Part shown: positions 1 through 9,236 of the stretch, one piece after another
Layout: each line of letters opens with the position of its first letter
Numbering within the stretch: position 1 is the first letter of the stretch
Origin: Parcubacteria group bacterium Gr01-1014_38
GTDB taxonomy: Bacteria > Patescibacteriota > Andersenbacteria > UBA10190 > CAIZMI01
Length of the DNA stretch: 64,000 nt
Assembly: GCA_007376145.1 (NCBI GenBank)
Contig: VMFP01000001.1
Location: 122,835 to 186,834, forward strand
Reading direction: 5' to 3'
The notes under the pieces: model-generated
What the model was told of the DNA's origin: nothing
Seen by the model: only the letters and a program-made list of their open reading frames with translations
Databases searched by the model: none
Translations under genes and position numbers: made by a program

Positions 1-1133
1 TCTGTCCCGCGGACGCCAAACCCCCCGGGGACGGCAATGCCGGCGGCATGCTGGAGTTCTTCCACGGGGAATTTCCCAGACTCAATCTGCTCCGCGTCTA
101 CCCACCAGAGGTCGAGACTGCGGCCATGCGCCCACGCAGCAGCTTTCAGCGCTTCGATGAGGCTCATGTACGTGTCCTTCATGTTGAGGTACTTCCCGAC
201 CATCGCGATGCGCACCGGCGGCTTGCGCCGCTTGATGGTGGCGACGAGGCGGTGCCAGATTCGATCATTGCGCGGGCGGAAGCCCAGCCCAAGTTTTTGC
301 GCGATGATGCGGTCAAGTCCGTGTGCTTCCATGTGGAGCGGGACTTCGTACATGCTCCCGACCGTTGGGACGGGAATCACCGACGCCACGTCCACATTGG
401 CGTAGAGGCTCAACTTTTCCAGTTGGGACTTTGAAATCGGATGGTCCGCACGGGCAATGATGACATCGGGTTGGATGCCGATGGCGCGAAGGTCCCGGAC
501 CGAATTCTGCGCTGGCTTTGTCTTAATTTCATCGCTGGCGGCGAGGTACGGCAGGAATGCGACGTGGACGTAGAGGACATTCTCCTTGCCGTCGTCGGCG
601 GCGAGTTGGCGTACGGCTTCCAGGAAGTGCGCGCCTTCGTAGTCGCCGACGGTTCCGCCCACTTCCACCAGGTGGATTTCTGCGTGACTCCGCCGGGCCG
701 CGGCCCACATGCGCCGCTTCACTGCATCGGTGACGTGCGGGATCATCTGCACAGTTTTTCCTAAGTACTTTCCTTCCCGCTCGGCCTGCGTCACCTCAAG
801 GTAAATTTGACCGGTCATCACCGAGCAATCTTTCGTCAGCGACTGATCGAGGAAACGTTCGTAGTGGCCGAGGTCGAGGTCGGTTTCCGCTCCGTCGTCC
901 GTCACGAACACTTCCCCGTGCTCACCGGGGTTCAACGTTCCCGCGTCCACATTGAGGTACTGATCAAATTTCTGCGTGTTCACGCGGAACCCGCGCGCCT
1001 TCAAGATGTTCCCGATGCTTGCGGTCGTTACACCCTTCCCAAGTCCAGAGAGCACCCCGCCGGTGACGATGATGAGCTTCGGGATTTTCCCGCGAGTGCG
1101 TTCGCGCCGCGCTGGTTTATGCTTTGCCACCAT
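1..1133 (-). CDS. pyrG: CTP synthase, N-terminal ~377 aa; 3' end runs off window left edge
   Basis: Own minus-strand translation from ATG at 1133 gives MVAKHKPARRERTRGKIPKLIIVTGGVLSGLGKG..., the CTP synthase N-terminal synthetase domain. Not in ORF track because no stop in window. Start may be slightly downstream since it overlaps rplI stop by 17 nt. Confidence 0.85.
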   Translation of the reverse strand, partial: MVAKHKPARRERTRGKIPKLIIVTGGVLSGLGKGVTTASIGNILKARGFRVNTQKFDQYLNVDAGTLNPGEHGEVFVTDDGAETDLDLGHYERFLDQSLTKDCSVMTGQIYLEVTQAEREGKYLGKTVQMIPHVTDAVKRRMWAAARRSHAEIHLVEVGGTVGDYEGAHFLEAVRQLAADDGKENVLYVHVAFLPYLAASDEIKTKPAQNSVRDLRAIGIQPDVIIARADHPISKSQLEKLSLYANVDVASVIPVPTVGSMYEVPLHMEAHGLDRIIAQKLGLGFRPRNDRIWHRLVATIKRRKPPVRIAMVGKYLNMKDTYMSLIEALKAAAWAHGRSLDLWWVDAEQIESGKFPVEELQHAAGIAVPGGFGVRGT

Positions 1134-1614
1134 CCGTCTTCTCCTTTCTGCTCCGGGGGGCGTCCTGCAGTTTTCCTCCGACGACGACCGTTACCTCCGC
1201 CTCGAGCCCGTGTGGGAATTCCAACGTGACCGTATGTTGGCCAGGTTCATGGATCGGCAGTGGGAGGCGGACCACATCCGCAGGCAGCGAGATGTGCAGC
1301 GCGTTCTCGATGGCAGCGACAACCTCCTTGGCCGTGACGGCTCCGTGAAGTTTCTCCTGCGGGCCAAGTGGTCGCTCCAGGCGAATGGTTTTTTGGTCCG
1401 TGAGCTCCGCGAGTCTCTGCATCGTCGCGAGTTCTTCTTCCGAGGCCCGTGTGGCCCGTGCCTTCTGTGCTTCGGCTGTTCGGGCGTGGCTTCCGGTTGC
1501 GACGGCGGCCAGTTCGCGGGGGAAGAGGAAATTCCGTGCGTAGCCATCGGCGACTTCGACCACCTCGCCGGCCTGGCCGAGGTTCTTGACATTCTCGAGG
1601 AGTACCACCTTCAT
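1117..1614 (-). CDS. rplI: 50S ribosomal protein L9
   Basis: MKVVLLENVKNLGQAGEVVEVADGYARNFLFPRELA matches the L9 N-terminal signature; 165 aa. Confidence 0.85.
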   Translation of the reverse strand: MKVVLLENVKNLGQAGEVVEVADGYARNFLFPRELAAVATGSHARTAEAQKARATRASEEELATMQRLAELTDQKTIRLERPLGPQEKLHGAVTAKEVVAAIENALHISLPADVVRLPLPIHEPGQHTVTLEFPHGLEAEVTVVVGGKLQDAPRSRKEKTDGGKA

Positions 1615-1632
1615 CGCCTGGGGTGAGGAACT

Positions 1633-1911
1633 CTACCGTGAGCGGATTTCGAAATGAGTAAACTCGCCGGTGGCGAGTTCTTCTGCGACGTCCACCCCCG
1701 TGACCTTTGCACCATCGGGCCCACGGTAACAGAAAGCGCGGAGCACCTCTAGGGTCTCTTCTGCTCCCTCAGCGACCACGTGTACGCCGCCATCCTCACT
1801 GTTACGCACGTAGCCGGTCACGCCGAGCTTCGCGGCGAGTTCCCGGACGCTCCACCGAAACCCAATGCCCTGTACGCGACCGTGAATCGTACAGATCAGG
1901 CGCTTCTGCAT
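1633..1911 (-). CDS. acyP: acylphosphatase
   Basis: Internal start MQKRLICTIHGRVQGIGFRWSV...GYVRNSEDGGVHVVAEG; the VxGxVQGVxFR and GxVxN motifs are typical of acylphosphatase. 92 aa from ATG at 1911; the longer ORF-track N-terminus is Arg-rich junk. Confidence 0.75.
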   Translation of the reverse strand: MQKRLICTIHGRVQGIGFRWSVRELAAKLGVTGYVRNSEDGGVHVVAEGAEETLEVLRAFCYRGPDGAKVTGVDVAEELATGEFTHFEIRSR

Positions 1912-1969
1912 CGTCGGTCCCTCGTATTCCCCCTGTCCTGTGCTCTCTTCCGTCAACCTCCTGCGTGCC

Positions 1970-3190
1970 CTATGGCCGCACGCGCTGGCGGAGCACTTCG
2001 AATCCCTTTTCCAGGATCTCGTCCGGGTCTTCCGTGGGGTTCTCATCCTTCACTTCGATCGATGGTGCAATGCCCTGCTCATCAATCTCGCGCCCGCGTG
2101 GTGTGTGCCAGCGCGCCACCGTGACACGAACCGTCGCGCCATCCGAGAGTTTCACGAGCTCCTGCACGGAACCTTTCCCAAAGGTCCGTTCGCCGATCAC
2201 GGAGATGTCGCGTTGCTCCTGAAACGCGGCGGCAAGAATTTCCGAAGCTGAGGCCGATCCGCCGTTCACGAGGACGACGAGTGGGAGTGAAACAAGATCT
2301 CCTGGACCGTCCGTGCGGTTTTCGGTTCGCGGGAGGCCCTGTCGTGGGACTTCTTCAACGACGAGCGTTCCTCGCGGAAGGAAATGCCCGGCGACGGCCA
2401 CTCCTACGTCGAGGAGGCCGCCGGGGTTATTGCGAAGGTCGAGCACGATTCCCCGCGCCCGTGTCGCGAGCAGTTCCCGCGCGGCCTGATCCACACGGCG
2501 CGGGGTATCTTCATTGAAGGCGCTGATCATCAGGAGCGCAAGCCCATCCCGCAGCTCGAGCTTCACGCTCTCAATGGCAATGCGCTCGCGGCGAACGGTG
2601 AAATCGAGGAGTTCCTCCCCTCCTTCGCGGGCAATGGTCAGGCGCACCGTGGTCCCCGGCTTCCCGCGAATCTTGGACACGATGTCGGCGAGCGTTATCC
2701 GTTGATCGACGGACTGTCCGTCGATTTTCACAATTACGTCGCGCGCGCGAATACCCACACGTTCCGCCGGTGAGCCGCGCAGGGGCGCAATGACCGTCAC
2801 GAGGCTGCGCCGGAGACCGATCTCGATGCCGATCCCTGAGAACGCGCCATCGAGATCCTCCTCGAACTGTTTGCTTTCCTCTGGATCGGCGTAGGCGCTG
2901 TACGGATCGCCGGTACCGGCGACGATCCCCCGGAGCGCACCGCGGGCCAGACGCTCGTCCTCCAAGGGTCCCGAAAACTTGTCGTGGAGGACATCCCACA
3001 CCTCGCGCATCTGGTCCGTATCCAGCGGGGCCGGAAGCTCGCCTGGCGCCGTGAGTCGTGGACTCGAGCTGGCGGTCGTGCGGAGAGCCGGTTTCAGCGT
3101 TTGGACGTCGAGTCGCCCGACGGCCACGCCGCCGAGGAAGGCCGCGATGATGACGGTCGCCGTGGAGAAGCGCTTGATGGGCAGGTTCAT
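1970..3190 (-). CDS. ctpA: carboxyl-terminal processing protease (S41 peptidase) with PDZ domain
   Basis: N-terminal TM helix, PDZ-like segment, LDLRNNPGG and [21 protein letters not shown]41 catalytic motifs. Confidence 0.85.
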   Translation of the reverse strand: MNLPIKRFSTATVIIAAFLGGVAVGRLDVQTLKPALRTTASSSPRLTAPGELPAPLDTDQMREVWDVLHDKFSGPLEDERLARGALRGIVAGTGDPYSAYADPEESKQFEEDLDGAFSGIGIEIGLRRSLVTVIAPLRGSPAERVGIRARDVIVKIDGQSVDQRITLADIVSKIRGKPGTTVRLTIAREGGEELLDFTVRRERIAIESVKLELRDGLALLMISAFNEDTPRRVDQAARELLATRARGIVLDLRNNPGGLLDVGVAVAGHFLPRGTLVVEEVPRQGLPRTENRTDGPGDLVSLPLVVLVNGGSASASEILAAAFQEQRDISVIGERTFGKGSVQELVKLSDGATVRVTVARWHTPRGREIDEQGIAPSIEVKDENPTEDPDEILEKGFEVLRQRVRP

Positions 3191-4575
3191 CGGGTCAGTT
3201 GCATATGGAGCTCCTGGAGCTGCTCCCGTTCTAGGGGGGATGGAGCGCCGAGGAGTACTTCTTCCCCGTTCTGGTTCTTCGGGAACGCAATCACTTCTCG
3301 AATGCTCGGCTCGCGGAGCATGACCATGAGCAGGCGATCCACCCCAGGGGCAATGCCGCCGTGTGGAGGAACACCGAATTCAAAGGCCTCTAAGAGGTGC
3401 CGGAATTGCTGCTTCGCCTTCTCCATATCAAGGCCGATAAGCCCAAAGATCTTCTCCTGGAGCGCGCGGTCGTGAATGCGGATGCTTCCGCCGCCCACCT
3501 CGACGCCGTTGCAGACGAGGTCGTACTGTGTGCTCCGCACGCGGTGCGGATCCTGGTCGAGCACGAGGATGTCCTCCGGGAGGGGAGACGTGAACATATG
3601 GTGGGAAGGAGCGTAGTGCCCCTCTTCGAGTTCCGACTCGAAGAGGGGGAAATCCATCACCCAGGCGAACGCGAGCGCTCCCGACGCTTTCTCGGTGTCG
3701 GTGCGAAGGTCCGGGCGATCCGTCCCGTACTTCTCCATCGCTTCCGTGTAGGAGAGCCGCGGAAAAGGCTGCCGCGCAATCGGCGCGCCGAGGCTGGCCA
3801 CGACCGTCGTGAAGAGGTGTTCAGTCAGGTTCAGGACATCCTCGCGGCCGACGAAACTCATCTCGAGGTCGAGTTGGGTGAACTCGGGTTGCCGGTCTCC
3901 TCGCTGATCTTCATCGCGGAAACACCGGGCGATTTGAAAATACCGGTCGAACCCGGCCACCATGAGAAGCTGCTTGTACTGCTGCGGTGACTGCGGGAGA
4001 GCGTAGAACATCCCGGGATAGAGGCGGGAGGGAACCACGTAATCACGAGCGCCTTCTGGCGTACTCTTCGTGAGGATCGGGGTCTCAATTTCCAGGAACC
4101 CCTCCGCGTGAAGAAAGGCGCGAATTTCCGTGATGAACCGATCGCGCAGCGCGAGATTCCGCTGGAGGCGAGTCCGCCGGAGATCCAGGAAGCGGTACCG
4201 GAGGCGCACGTCCTCGCCGACCGGTGTTTCCTGTGCAATCTCAAATGGCGGAGTCTTTGCGACCGCGAAGGTCTCCACGGTCGCGACGTGCACTTCAATA
4301 TCCCCCGTCGGGATTTTCGGGTTCTTGAGGCGCTCCGGACGTAGAGCGACGGTGCCACTGACGCGGATCACGTCTTCGTCGTGAAGTTCGACCGGTGGTG
4401 CTTCTGCTTTGAATACGAGTTGTGTCACGCCGTACCGGTCGCGGAGATCGACGAATCGTACGCCGCCGTGGTCACGGCGGGCATGGACCCATCCGCAGAG
4501 CGTCACCGTCTGGCCGGCGTGTTCAGCGCGGAGCGCTCCGCAGGTGTGCGTCCGGTAGGTTGTCGCGTCCGTCAT
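3187..4575 (-). CDS. aspS: aspartate--tRNA ligase, compact bacterial-type form lacking the GAD insertion domain (462 aa)
   Basis: Class II motifs [52 protein letters not shown] and GGSIRIH..; only ~25 residues separate DRPDLR from the FPLFE region where E. coli AspS has a ~100-aa GAD domain. Confidence 0.9.
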   Translation of the reverse strand: MTDATTYRTHTCGALRAEHAGQTVTLCGWVHARRDHGGVRFVDLRDRYGVTQLVFKAEAPPVELHDEDVIRVSGTVALRPERLKNPKIPTGDIEVHVATVETFAVAKTPPFEIAQETPVGEDVRLRYRFLDLRRTRLQRNLALRDRFITEIRAFLHAEGFLEIETPILTKSTPEGARDYVVPSRLYPGMFYALPQSPQQYKQLLMVAGFDRYFQIARCFRDEDQRGDRQPEFTQLDLEMSFVGREDVLNLTEHLFTTVVASLGAPIARQPFPRLSYTEAMEKYGTDRPDLRTDTEKASGALAFAWVMDFPLFESELEEGHYAPSHHMFTSPLPEDILVLDQDPHRVRSTQYDLVCNGVEVGGGSIRIHDRALQEKIFGLIGLDMEKAKQQFRHLLEAFEFGVPPHGGIAPGVDRLLMVMLREPSIREVIAFPKNQNGEEVLLGAPSPLEREQLQELHMQLTR

Positions 4576-4612
4576 GTGTGGTCAGCGTAGCCGAGAACAG
4601 CGCCACGAGACA

Positions 4613-4650
4613 AGAAAAAAGACCCGTTCCTCCGGAACGAGTCTTTTTGG
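4613..4650. terminator. bidirectional rho-independent terminator candidate (A6-stem-TTTTT)
   Basis: aaaaaa GACCCGTTCC tcc GGAACGAGTC ttttt: 10-bp stem with one mismatch flanked by A-run and T-run; sits just after the stop of the minus-strand ORF 4670..5323. Confidence 0.5.
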
Positions 4651-4669
4651 TAGGCTCTTCTTCCTCCTT

Positions 4670-5323
4670 TCAGACGGCCGTCGCTTGCGGAGCTGGGTGC
4701 ACCTGAATTTGGTCTCCGGTGAAGCGAAGAAGGTAGTCGGGCTGAATCGGCGTGGCCGCGTCACCGAGGCGATTCCCGTCTGCGTCCTTCCGCCACACCT
4801 TCACGGGGTTACCGAGGTTGTCAAGCAAAGGCTTGCGAGCCGTGAGGCAGATGTCCACCGCGTGTTCCCCGCAGACCTCTTGGCCGCCCACGATGAGGGG
4901 GTTGAGGAACGCTCGCACCTGCCACATTGCTTCTACGCACATCGTGTGGAGTGCCTGCTGAACAAGAGGGCGAGTATTGACGAACTGATTGGTCGGTTGG
5001 GCGTACTCACACCGTGCGAACACGAAGCGCACCACGGAGAATCCCTTGTTGTCCTGATTGCGCCGCTGCGAGAAGGCGTCCACCATTGCATAGCCACCCC
5101 GCTCCAACTCGCCGAGGAACTCGACGAGCCCGACGTTCTCGACGGGCGCGATGGCGGGTTCACGGCTTGGAGGGCGCGCACGCTTGCGCGTCTCGTCCGG
5201 TGTCTCGTCCTCGCGTTGATGTATACAGCGAGGGACGACCTTGGGGTTGGAGAAGCTGAACTGCAAAGCGATCAGCCTCACCGCTCTGCTCACGTTGATC
5301 AGACCTTGCGTTGTAGCGTCCAC
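4670..5323 (-). CDS. hypothetical protein (217 aa)
   Basis: Balanced amino-acid composition compared with the overlapping plus-strand ORF; followed on its strand by the terminator at 4613-4650. No family recognised. Confidence 0.45.
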   Translation of the reverse strand: MDATTQGLINVSRAVRLIALQFSFSNPKVVPRCIHQREDETPDETRKRARPPSREPAIAPVENVGLVEFLGELERGGYAMVDAFSQRRNQDNKGFSVVRFVFARCEYAQPTNQFVNTRPLVQQALHTMCVEAMWQVRAFLNPLIVGGQEVCGEHAVDICLTARKPLLDNLGNPVKVWRKDADGNRLGDAATPIQPDYLLRFTGDQIQVHPAPQATAV

Positions 5324-5674
5324 TACCGGCTCCTTTCAAAAAGAGAAACGAACTCGTTGACAACGAGCGAAAGCTTTGAAAGAACGAAGCTCCGTACTCT
5401 ACCAGCGTCCTACACGCGCGCACCTTCACTGCGTAGTCGCTGGCCGGAGTAATGCCCCTGGGACCAGGGAGTCGGGAACGCCCGCGTTGTTCCTTAGATC
5501 CCTCCAGGAGTGGCGGCGCTGTGGAGGGACAGCACCGCCGCTCCCGGAGACGTCTCTGTGGATACAAGCTTGTACCGGTGGGTATCGCTTGAAACCCCAG
5601 GGAGAACCCCCATGACGAACATCGCACTATACCGCGGGCTTGTCTGTCTGTCAAGAGGCCGCTAGACTGCGCCT

Positions 5675-5749
5675 GCCCCCGTGGCGTAATGGCAGCGCAC
5701 GCGCCTTTTAAGCGCTGAGGTCCCAGTTCGAATCTGGGCGGGGGCACCA
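5675..5749 (+). tRNA. tRNA-Lys (anticodon UUU) with encoded CCA
   Basis: Manual fold: acceptor GCCCCCG/CGGGGGC, D-stem GCGT/GCGC, anticodon loop CTTTTAA (anticodon TTT), variable GAGGT, T-arm CCCAG-TTCGAAT-CTGGG, discriminator A then CCA. Confidence 0.85.
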
Positions 5750-5961
5750 CACTTCGCCCTCGGCCCGGCTCGGGCTTCGCGTGTCAGGCCATGCCGCTTC
5801 ATCTCGGGGGCCTTCGAGTACTTCCCGCGAAGTGTGCCCCGCGAAGCGAAGTAGCGAAGTGGGGCACCCTATGCTATGCTTGTGGATAAGGGGATCTCAG
5901 CTTTCAGCAGGATTTTCCGGACGTCCTCCACTCGTACCAGCACAAAACACCACATCGTGAC

Positions 5962-6597
5962 ATGAAGCGTGCCTTTCTCTTCTCCAGCGGGATCACCGCG
6001 ATCATCGTCGGAGTGTTTGCCCTTGCCTACCTCACGTCGGCGGGCACCAGTCAATTCGCTTTCACGGGCCAGGCGACCGTCCGTGGGCACGACGTGAGCG
6101 GGAAAACCATGGACGTGTACTTTACGAAGCTCTCGGAGCGCGCGCAGGCGCTGGGGTTGGGGAACAGCATCACGGTCAGCGTCGGCAGCGCGACATTCCA
6201 TAAGCGCGCGGCGGACGGAACGCTCCGGCGGGTGAAACAGGGGAACATCGCTGTCGGGGATCGAGCGACCGTCCGGGGGTCGGTGAAGAACAACGACCGC
6301 TTCGTCGCGTCCCGGGTCGAGGTTGTGGATACGGGTTTCGTCATGACCGGGAAGCTCCGAACATTTAATCGGACTCTCCGCCGGATGACGGTTGACGTCA
6401 CCACCTCGACGTACAAGCCCACTCGGTACCAAGACAAGACTGTGGAGTTCATCTTCTCCGAAGCGACGAAGTTTTATACGCAGGGCGTGGGCAAATCAAT
6501 TGAGGACGTGACCGCGAGCGATCAGAAGGTCCGCGTGCAAGGAAAGGAAGTGGGTACAGACCTCGAGGTCACGTCCATGAATGAAAATGTTCCCTAA
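5962..6597 (+). CDS. hypothetical membrane-anchored/secreted protein (211 aa)
   Basis: N-terminal hydrophobic segment MKRAFLFSSGITAIIVGVFALAYL; beta-rich Thr/Val-rich body; paralogous features with the next ORF. Confidence 0.55.
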   Translation: MKRAFLFSSGITAIIVGVFALAYLTSAGTSQFAFTGQATVRGHDVSGKTMDVYFTKLSERAQALGLGNSITVSVGSATFHKRAADGTLRRVKQGNIAVGDRATVRGSVKNNDRFVASRVEVVDTGFVMTGKLRTFNRTLRRMTVDVTTSTYKPTRYQDKTVEFIFSEATKFYTQGVGKSIEDVTASDQKVRVQGKEVGTDLEVTSMNENVP

Positions 6598-6619
6598 TTC
6601 TTAACACACCAAACGACAC

Positions 6620-6994
6620 ATGAAGAAACGCGCTTTTCTGCTCTTGGTGGGCATCGCCGCAGCTTTCGTGGTGGTCGCGAGCATCGCCGCCGTGACCCTC
6701 GCACAGACGCCGCCCTACGCGGTCAAGATCCGCGTGGTGGATAAAATCGAGTCGGCGAAGATCTTCGAGGGATTTGTGCTCGAACAGACCCGAGGGAAGA
6801 CCTCGATTCTCGGGGATCAGATAAACTTCCGGGTCCTGAGCACGACCACCGCGTTTACGAAGGGAAGCAAGGGGCGGTCAACCAAAGACTGGCTCAGCGG
6901 TCTCAAGAACGAGGACGTTGTGACGGCCACCGGGTGGTATCGGTCGTCCGACAAGACATTCGAGCTGGCGAAGGTCGTCAATCGCTCACGGTAG
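6620..6994 (+). CDS. hypothetical secreted protein (124 aa), paralog-like to 5962..6597
   Basis: Signal-peptide-like MKKRAFLLLVGIAAAFVVVASIAAVTLAQT; similar N-terminus and beta-strand pattern to upstream ORF. Confidence 0.55.
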   Translation: MKKRAFLLLVGIAAAFVVVASIAAVTLAQTPPYAVKIRVVDKIESAKIFEGFVLEQTRGKTSILGDQINFRVLSTTTAFTKGSKGRSTKDWLSGLKNEDVVTATGWYRSSDKTFELAKVVNRSR

Positions 6995-7083
6995 TCGGAG
7001 CCTCTCAAACGCGGGCGCGCCAAACCGACCGGGCAATGCCCGGCGGGGCGTTGCGCCCGTCCGGCAGGTAGGCGAGACGCCTC

Positions 7084-8178
7084 TTATCTCCGCAGTGTTC
7101 CGGCTTCCACAAACCGGCGGAGAAGTTCTTCTTGTTCGCGATTCACTCGCTTGGGGACGTCAATCACGGTCGTGATGACGTGATCGCCTCGTTTCCCCGT
7201 CTCTCCGCGTCTCCCGATCACGATGCCGCGTCCACGCAAGCGGAATTCCGATCCCGACGGCGTGCCTCGAGGGATCTCCAGGGTCGTTTTCCCATCGAGC
7301 GTCTCTACTTCGACGGTTCCTCCTAAGACTGCGGTGGTGAACGGCACGGCAATGGTTGAGCGGACGTCCTGTTCGTCTCGGGAGAAGGCGGGATGCCGCT
7401 TCACGCGCACGGTCACATACAAGTCTCCCGCTGGTCCCCTGCGCGGCCCGACTTCTCCCTCACCGGTGATGCGGATGCGTGTGCCGTCATCGAGCCCCGC
7501 CGGAATTTTCACGCGCAGCGTCTCGCGCTGATGGGCACGGCCGGTCCCACTGCACGCCGAGCAAAGCGTCTGCGGTCGCTTCCCTTCCCCACCGCAGTCG
7601 GGACACACCGACCGGTGCAGCATGGCGCCGAAGAACGTTCGGACCTGGCGCTCGACAACACCGGAGCCGGCACAGGTTGCGCAGGTGGCAATGGGCGTGC
7701 CGGGTTTCGCTCCGCTCCCCCCGCAGGTGGGGCACGTGCGGAGACGCTCAAGGATCAGGTCGCGCGTCGTCCCGCGTGCCATCTCTTCGAACGAGATTGT
7801 CACGTCGGTTGCACGGTCATCGCCACGCTCCGCCACGCGCGTTCGGCGACGCCCAAAGGCGCCGCCGAAGAGATCTCCGAAGAGGTCCTCGAACCCCGTA
7901 AATTCCCGCTGGAACACCTCGAACGGGTCGAAGCCGAAGCCCTGTGCGCCGCCGGGAGACCCGCCACTCTCGAACGTAGCCCCAAACCGGTCGTACTGCG
8001 CGCGTTTCTCCGAGTCGCCGAGAACCTGGTACGCCTCGTTGATTTCCTTGAATTTCTCTTCGTTCCCCGTCGGCTTGTCGGGGTGATACTGAAGTGCGAG
8101 TTTCCGGTAGGCACGCTTCACCTCGTCCGCGGAAGCGGAGCGTTCAACGCCGAGGGTGTGGTAGTAGTCTTTGGGCAT
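7084..8178 (-). CDS. dnaJ: chaperone DnaJ
   Basis: J-domain YYHTLGV...[15 protein letters not shown] region, four CxxCxGxG zinc-finger repeats ([32 protein letters not shown]). Confidence 0.9.
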   Translation of the reverse strand: MPKDYYHTLGVERSASADEVKRAYRKLALQYHPDKPTGNEEKFKEINEAYQVLGDSEKRAQYDRFGATFESGGSPGGAQGFGFDPFEVFQREFTGFEDLFGDLFGGAFGRRRTRVAERGDDRATDVTISFEEMARGTTRDLILERLRTCPTCGGSGAKPGTPIATCATCAGSGVVERQVRTFFGAMLHRSVCPDCGGEGKRPQTLCSACSGTGRAHQRETLRVKIPAGLDDGTRIRITGEGEVGPRRGPAGDLYVTVRVKRHPAFSRDEQDVRSTIAVPFTTAVLGGTVEVETLDGKTTLEIPRGTPSGSEFRLRGRGIVIGRRGETGKRGDHVITTVIDVPKRVNREQEELLRRFVEAGTLRR

Positions 8179-8195
8179 CGGGCTTTTGAGTTCTG

Positions 8196-8456
8196 TTACC
8201 GCTCGTACACGTCTTTGCGGTGCCCAATCGTGGCGAATAACGCGGTATCGGTTTCCGTGAAGAGGAAGAGCACGCGATAGACCTGCGTCACCCGGAAGGA
8301 GAACGTCAACGACTCCCCGTGGAGTTTCTTGACGTGGAGTCGTGGGTCACGCCAGTTCTTCCGAAAGATCCCTTCCTGCCTGCGGTACAGGACCTGAATG
8401 TCTCGTGGGAGTTTCCGGAACTGTTTAGAAAATTCGTCAGTGTAGAGAATCTTCAT
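8196..8456 (-). CDS. RelE/ParE-family type II toxin (86 aa)
   Basis: [21 protein letters not shown]...[12 protein letters not shown] resembles RelE/ParE/YoeB toxins including C-terminal HRKDVY; 4-nt overlap with upstream antitoxin-like ORF. Confidence 0.7.
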   Translation of the reverse strand: MKILYTDEFSKQFRKLPRDIQVLYRRQEGIFRKNWRDPRLHVKKLHGESLTFSFRVTQVYRVLFLFTETDTALFATIGHRKDVYER

Positions 8457-8686
8457 ACGCGCCGGCGGACACGCCCTGCACGCCAGTCACGGACTGCACG
8501 ACGCAGGGAGGCGCGGAGCCGCGCGGCATCTTTGTAGTCATTGAACGATTCCTCTGGGATCTCCGAGCTTAGCTCCTCGAAGACTCGCCGGGAGAGCTCC
8601 GAGAGGGAAAATCCATAGCGAAGCGCCAAGCGAGCGAGACGATCTTTCGTCTGCTTCGGGAGGTCAATCGTGAGTCTAGTGCTCAT
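8453..8686 (-). CDS. ribbon-helix-helix (CopG-like) antitoxin candidate (77 aa)
   Basis: Internal ATG at 8686: MSTRLTIDLPKQTKDRLARLALRYGFSLSELSRRV...; RHH-like beta strand plus two helices. Stop overlaps toxin start (ATGA arrangement). Confidence 0.6.
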   Translation of the reverse strand: MSTRLTIDLPKQTKDRLARLALRYGFSLSELSRRVFEELSSEIPEESFNDYKDAARLRASLRRAVRDWRAGRVRRRV

Positions 8687-8909
8687 TGGAGAGGAGTGTA
8701 CCTTGGCTAAACATTCGGAGTCAAAGAGCGCGAGCTTCCGGAGCCGGAAGGCGAAGTGGGGCCTGCACCGCGAAGTCCCGCCGCAGGCGGGACGAAGTGG
8801 GGTACGCGCGCTTGATATCGTCGGAAGGGGCACCTCTTGACACCCCAAGGACAGAATAGTAATCTTGAGATGGCATTGGTTCCTTCTTTTAAAGAGGTGA
8901 GGTGCGCTG

Positions 8910-9200
8910 ATGTTGAATCAGGAGGGTATGTCGGAGGTTGGCTCACACATCCAGAAGGCTGTTGGTCTACGGCTCCGCATTAGGCAGCTTTCCTCTCAAG
9001 AATTTGCGGAGTTCCATGATTTGATTCGGCGCATGAGCGTTGATGACCTCTGGCAATTCGTACTTCTTGTGGAGAAGTACTCAGGTGGGCCGCCTCCCGA
9101 GAGCGAGCTCGAAGCAATGAGGACCAGGGTGTGGGAAAAGCTTCGGCAACACCTAATCCAGAGTCGGCTCGAGCGCAGCGAAGAATCAGAGACTTTGTAG
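8910..9200 (+). CDS. small hypothetical protein (96 aa), lower GC than surroundings
   Basis: ORF MLNQEGMSEVGSHIQKAVGLRLRIRQLSSQEFAEFHDLIRRMS...; local GC ~52% versus ~63% flanks; opposite strand to the chaperone operon. Confidence 0.35.
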   Translation: MLNQEGMSEVGSHIQKAVGLRLRIRQLSSQEFAEFHDLIRRMSVDDLWQFVLLVEKYSGGPPPESELEAMRTRVWEKLRQHLIQSRLERSEESETL

Positions 9201-9236
9201 TTCCTGCTATTCGTGACCCAGAAGGGATCATCTGGG

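Noticed and set aside
1633-2046. 137-aa ORF-track version of acylphosphatase and the Arg-rich extension of ORFs 50042..51547, 51298..52689, 14539..16194
   Set aside because: N-terminal extensions are Arg/Pro-rich low-complexity translations typical of high-GC DNA; conserved family N-termini begin at internal ATGs, which were used instead.
4574-5452. 292-aa plus-strand ORF
   Set aside because: Overlaps the minus-strand ORF 4670..5323, which has the more protein-like composition and is followed by a terminator on its strand. Cannot both be real; plus frame judged less likely.
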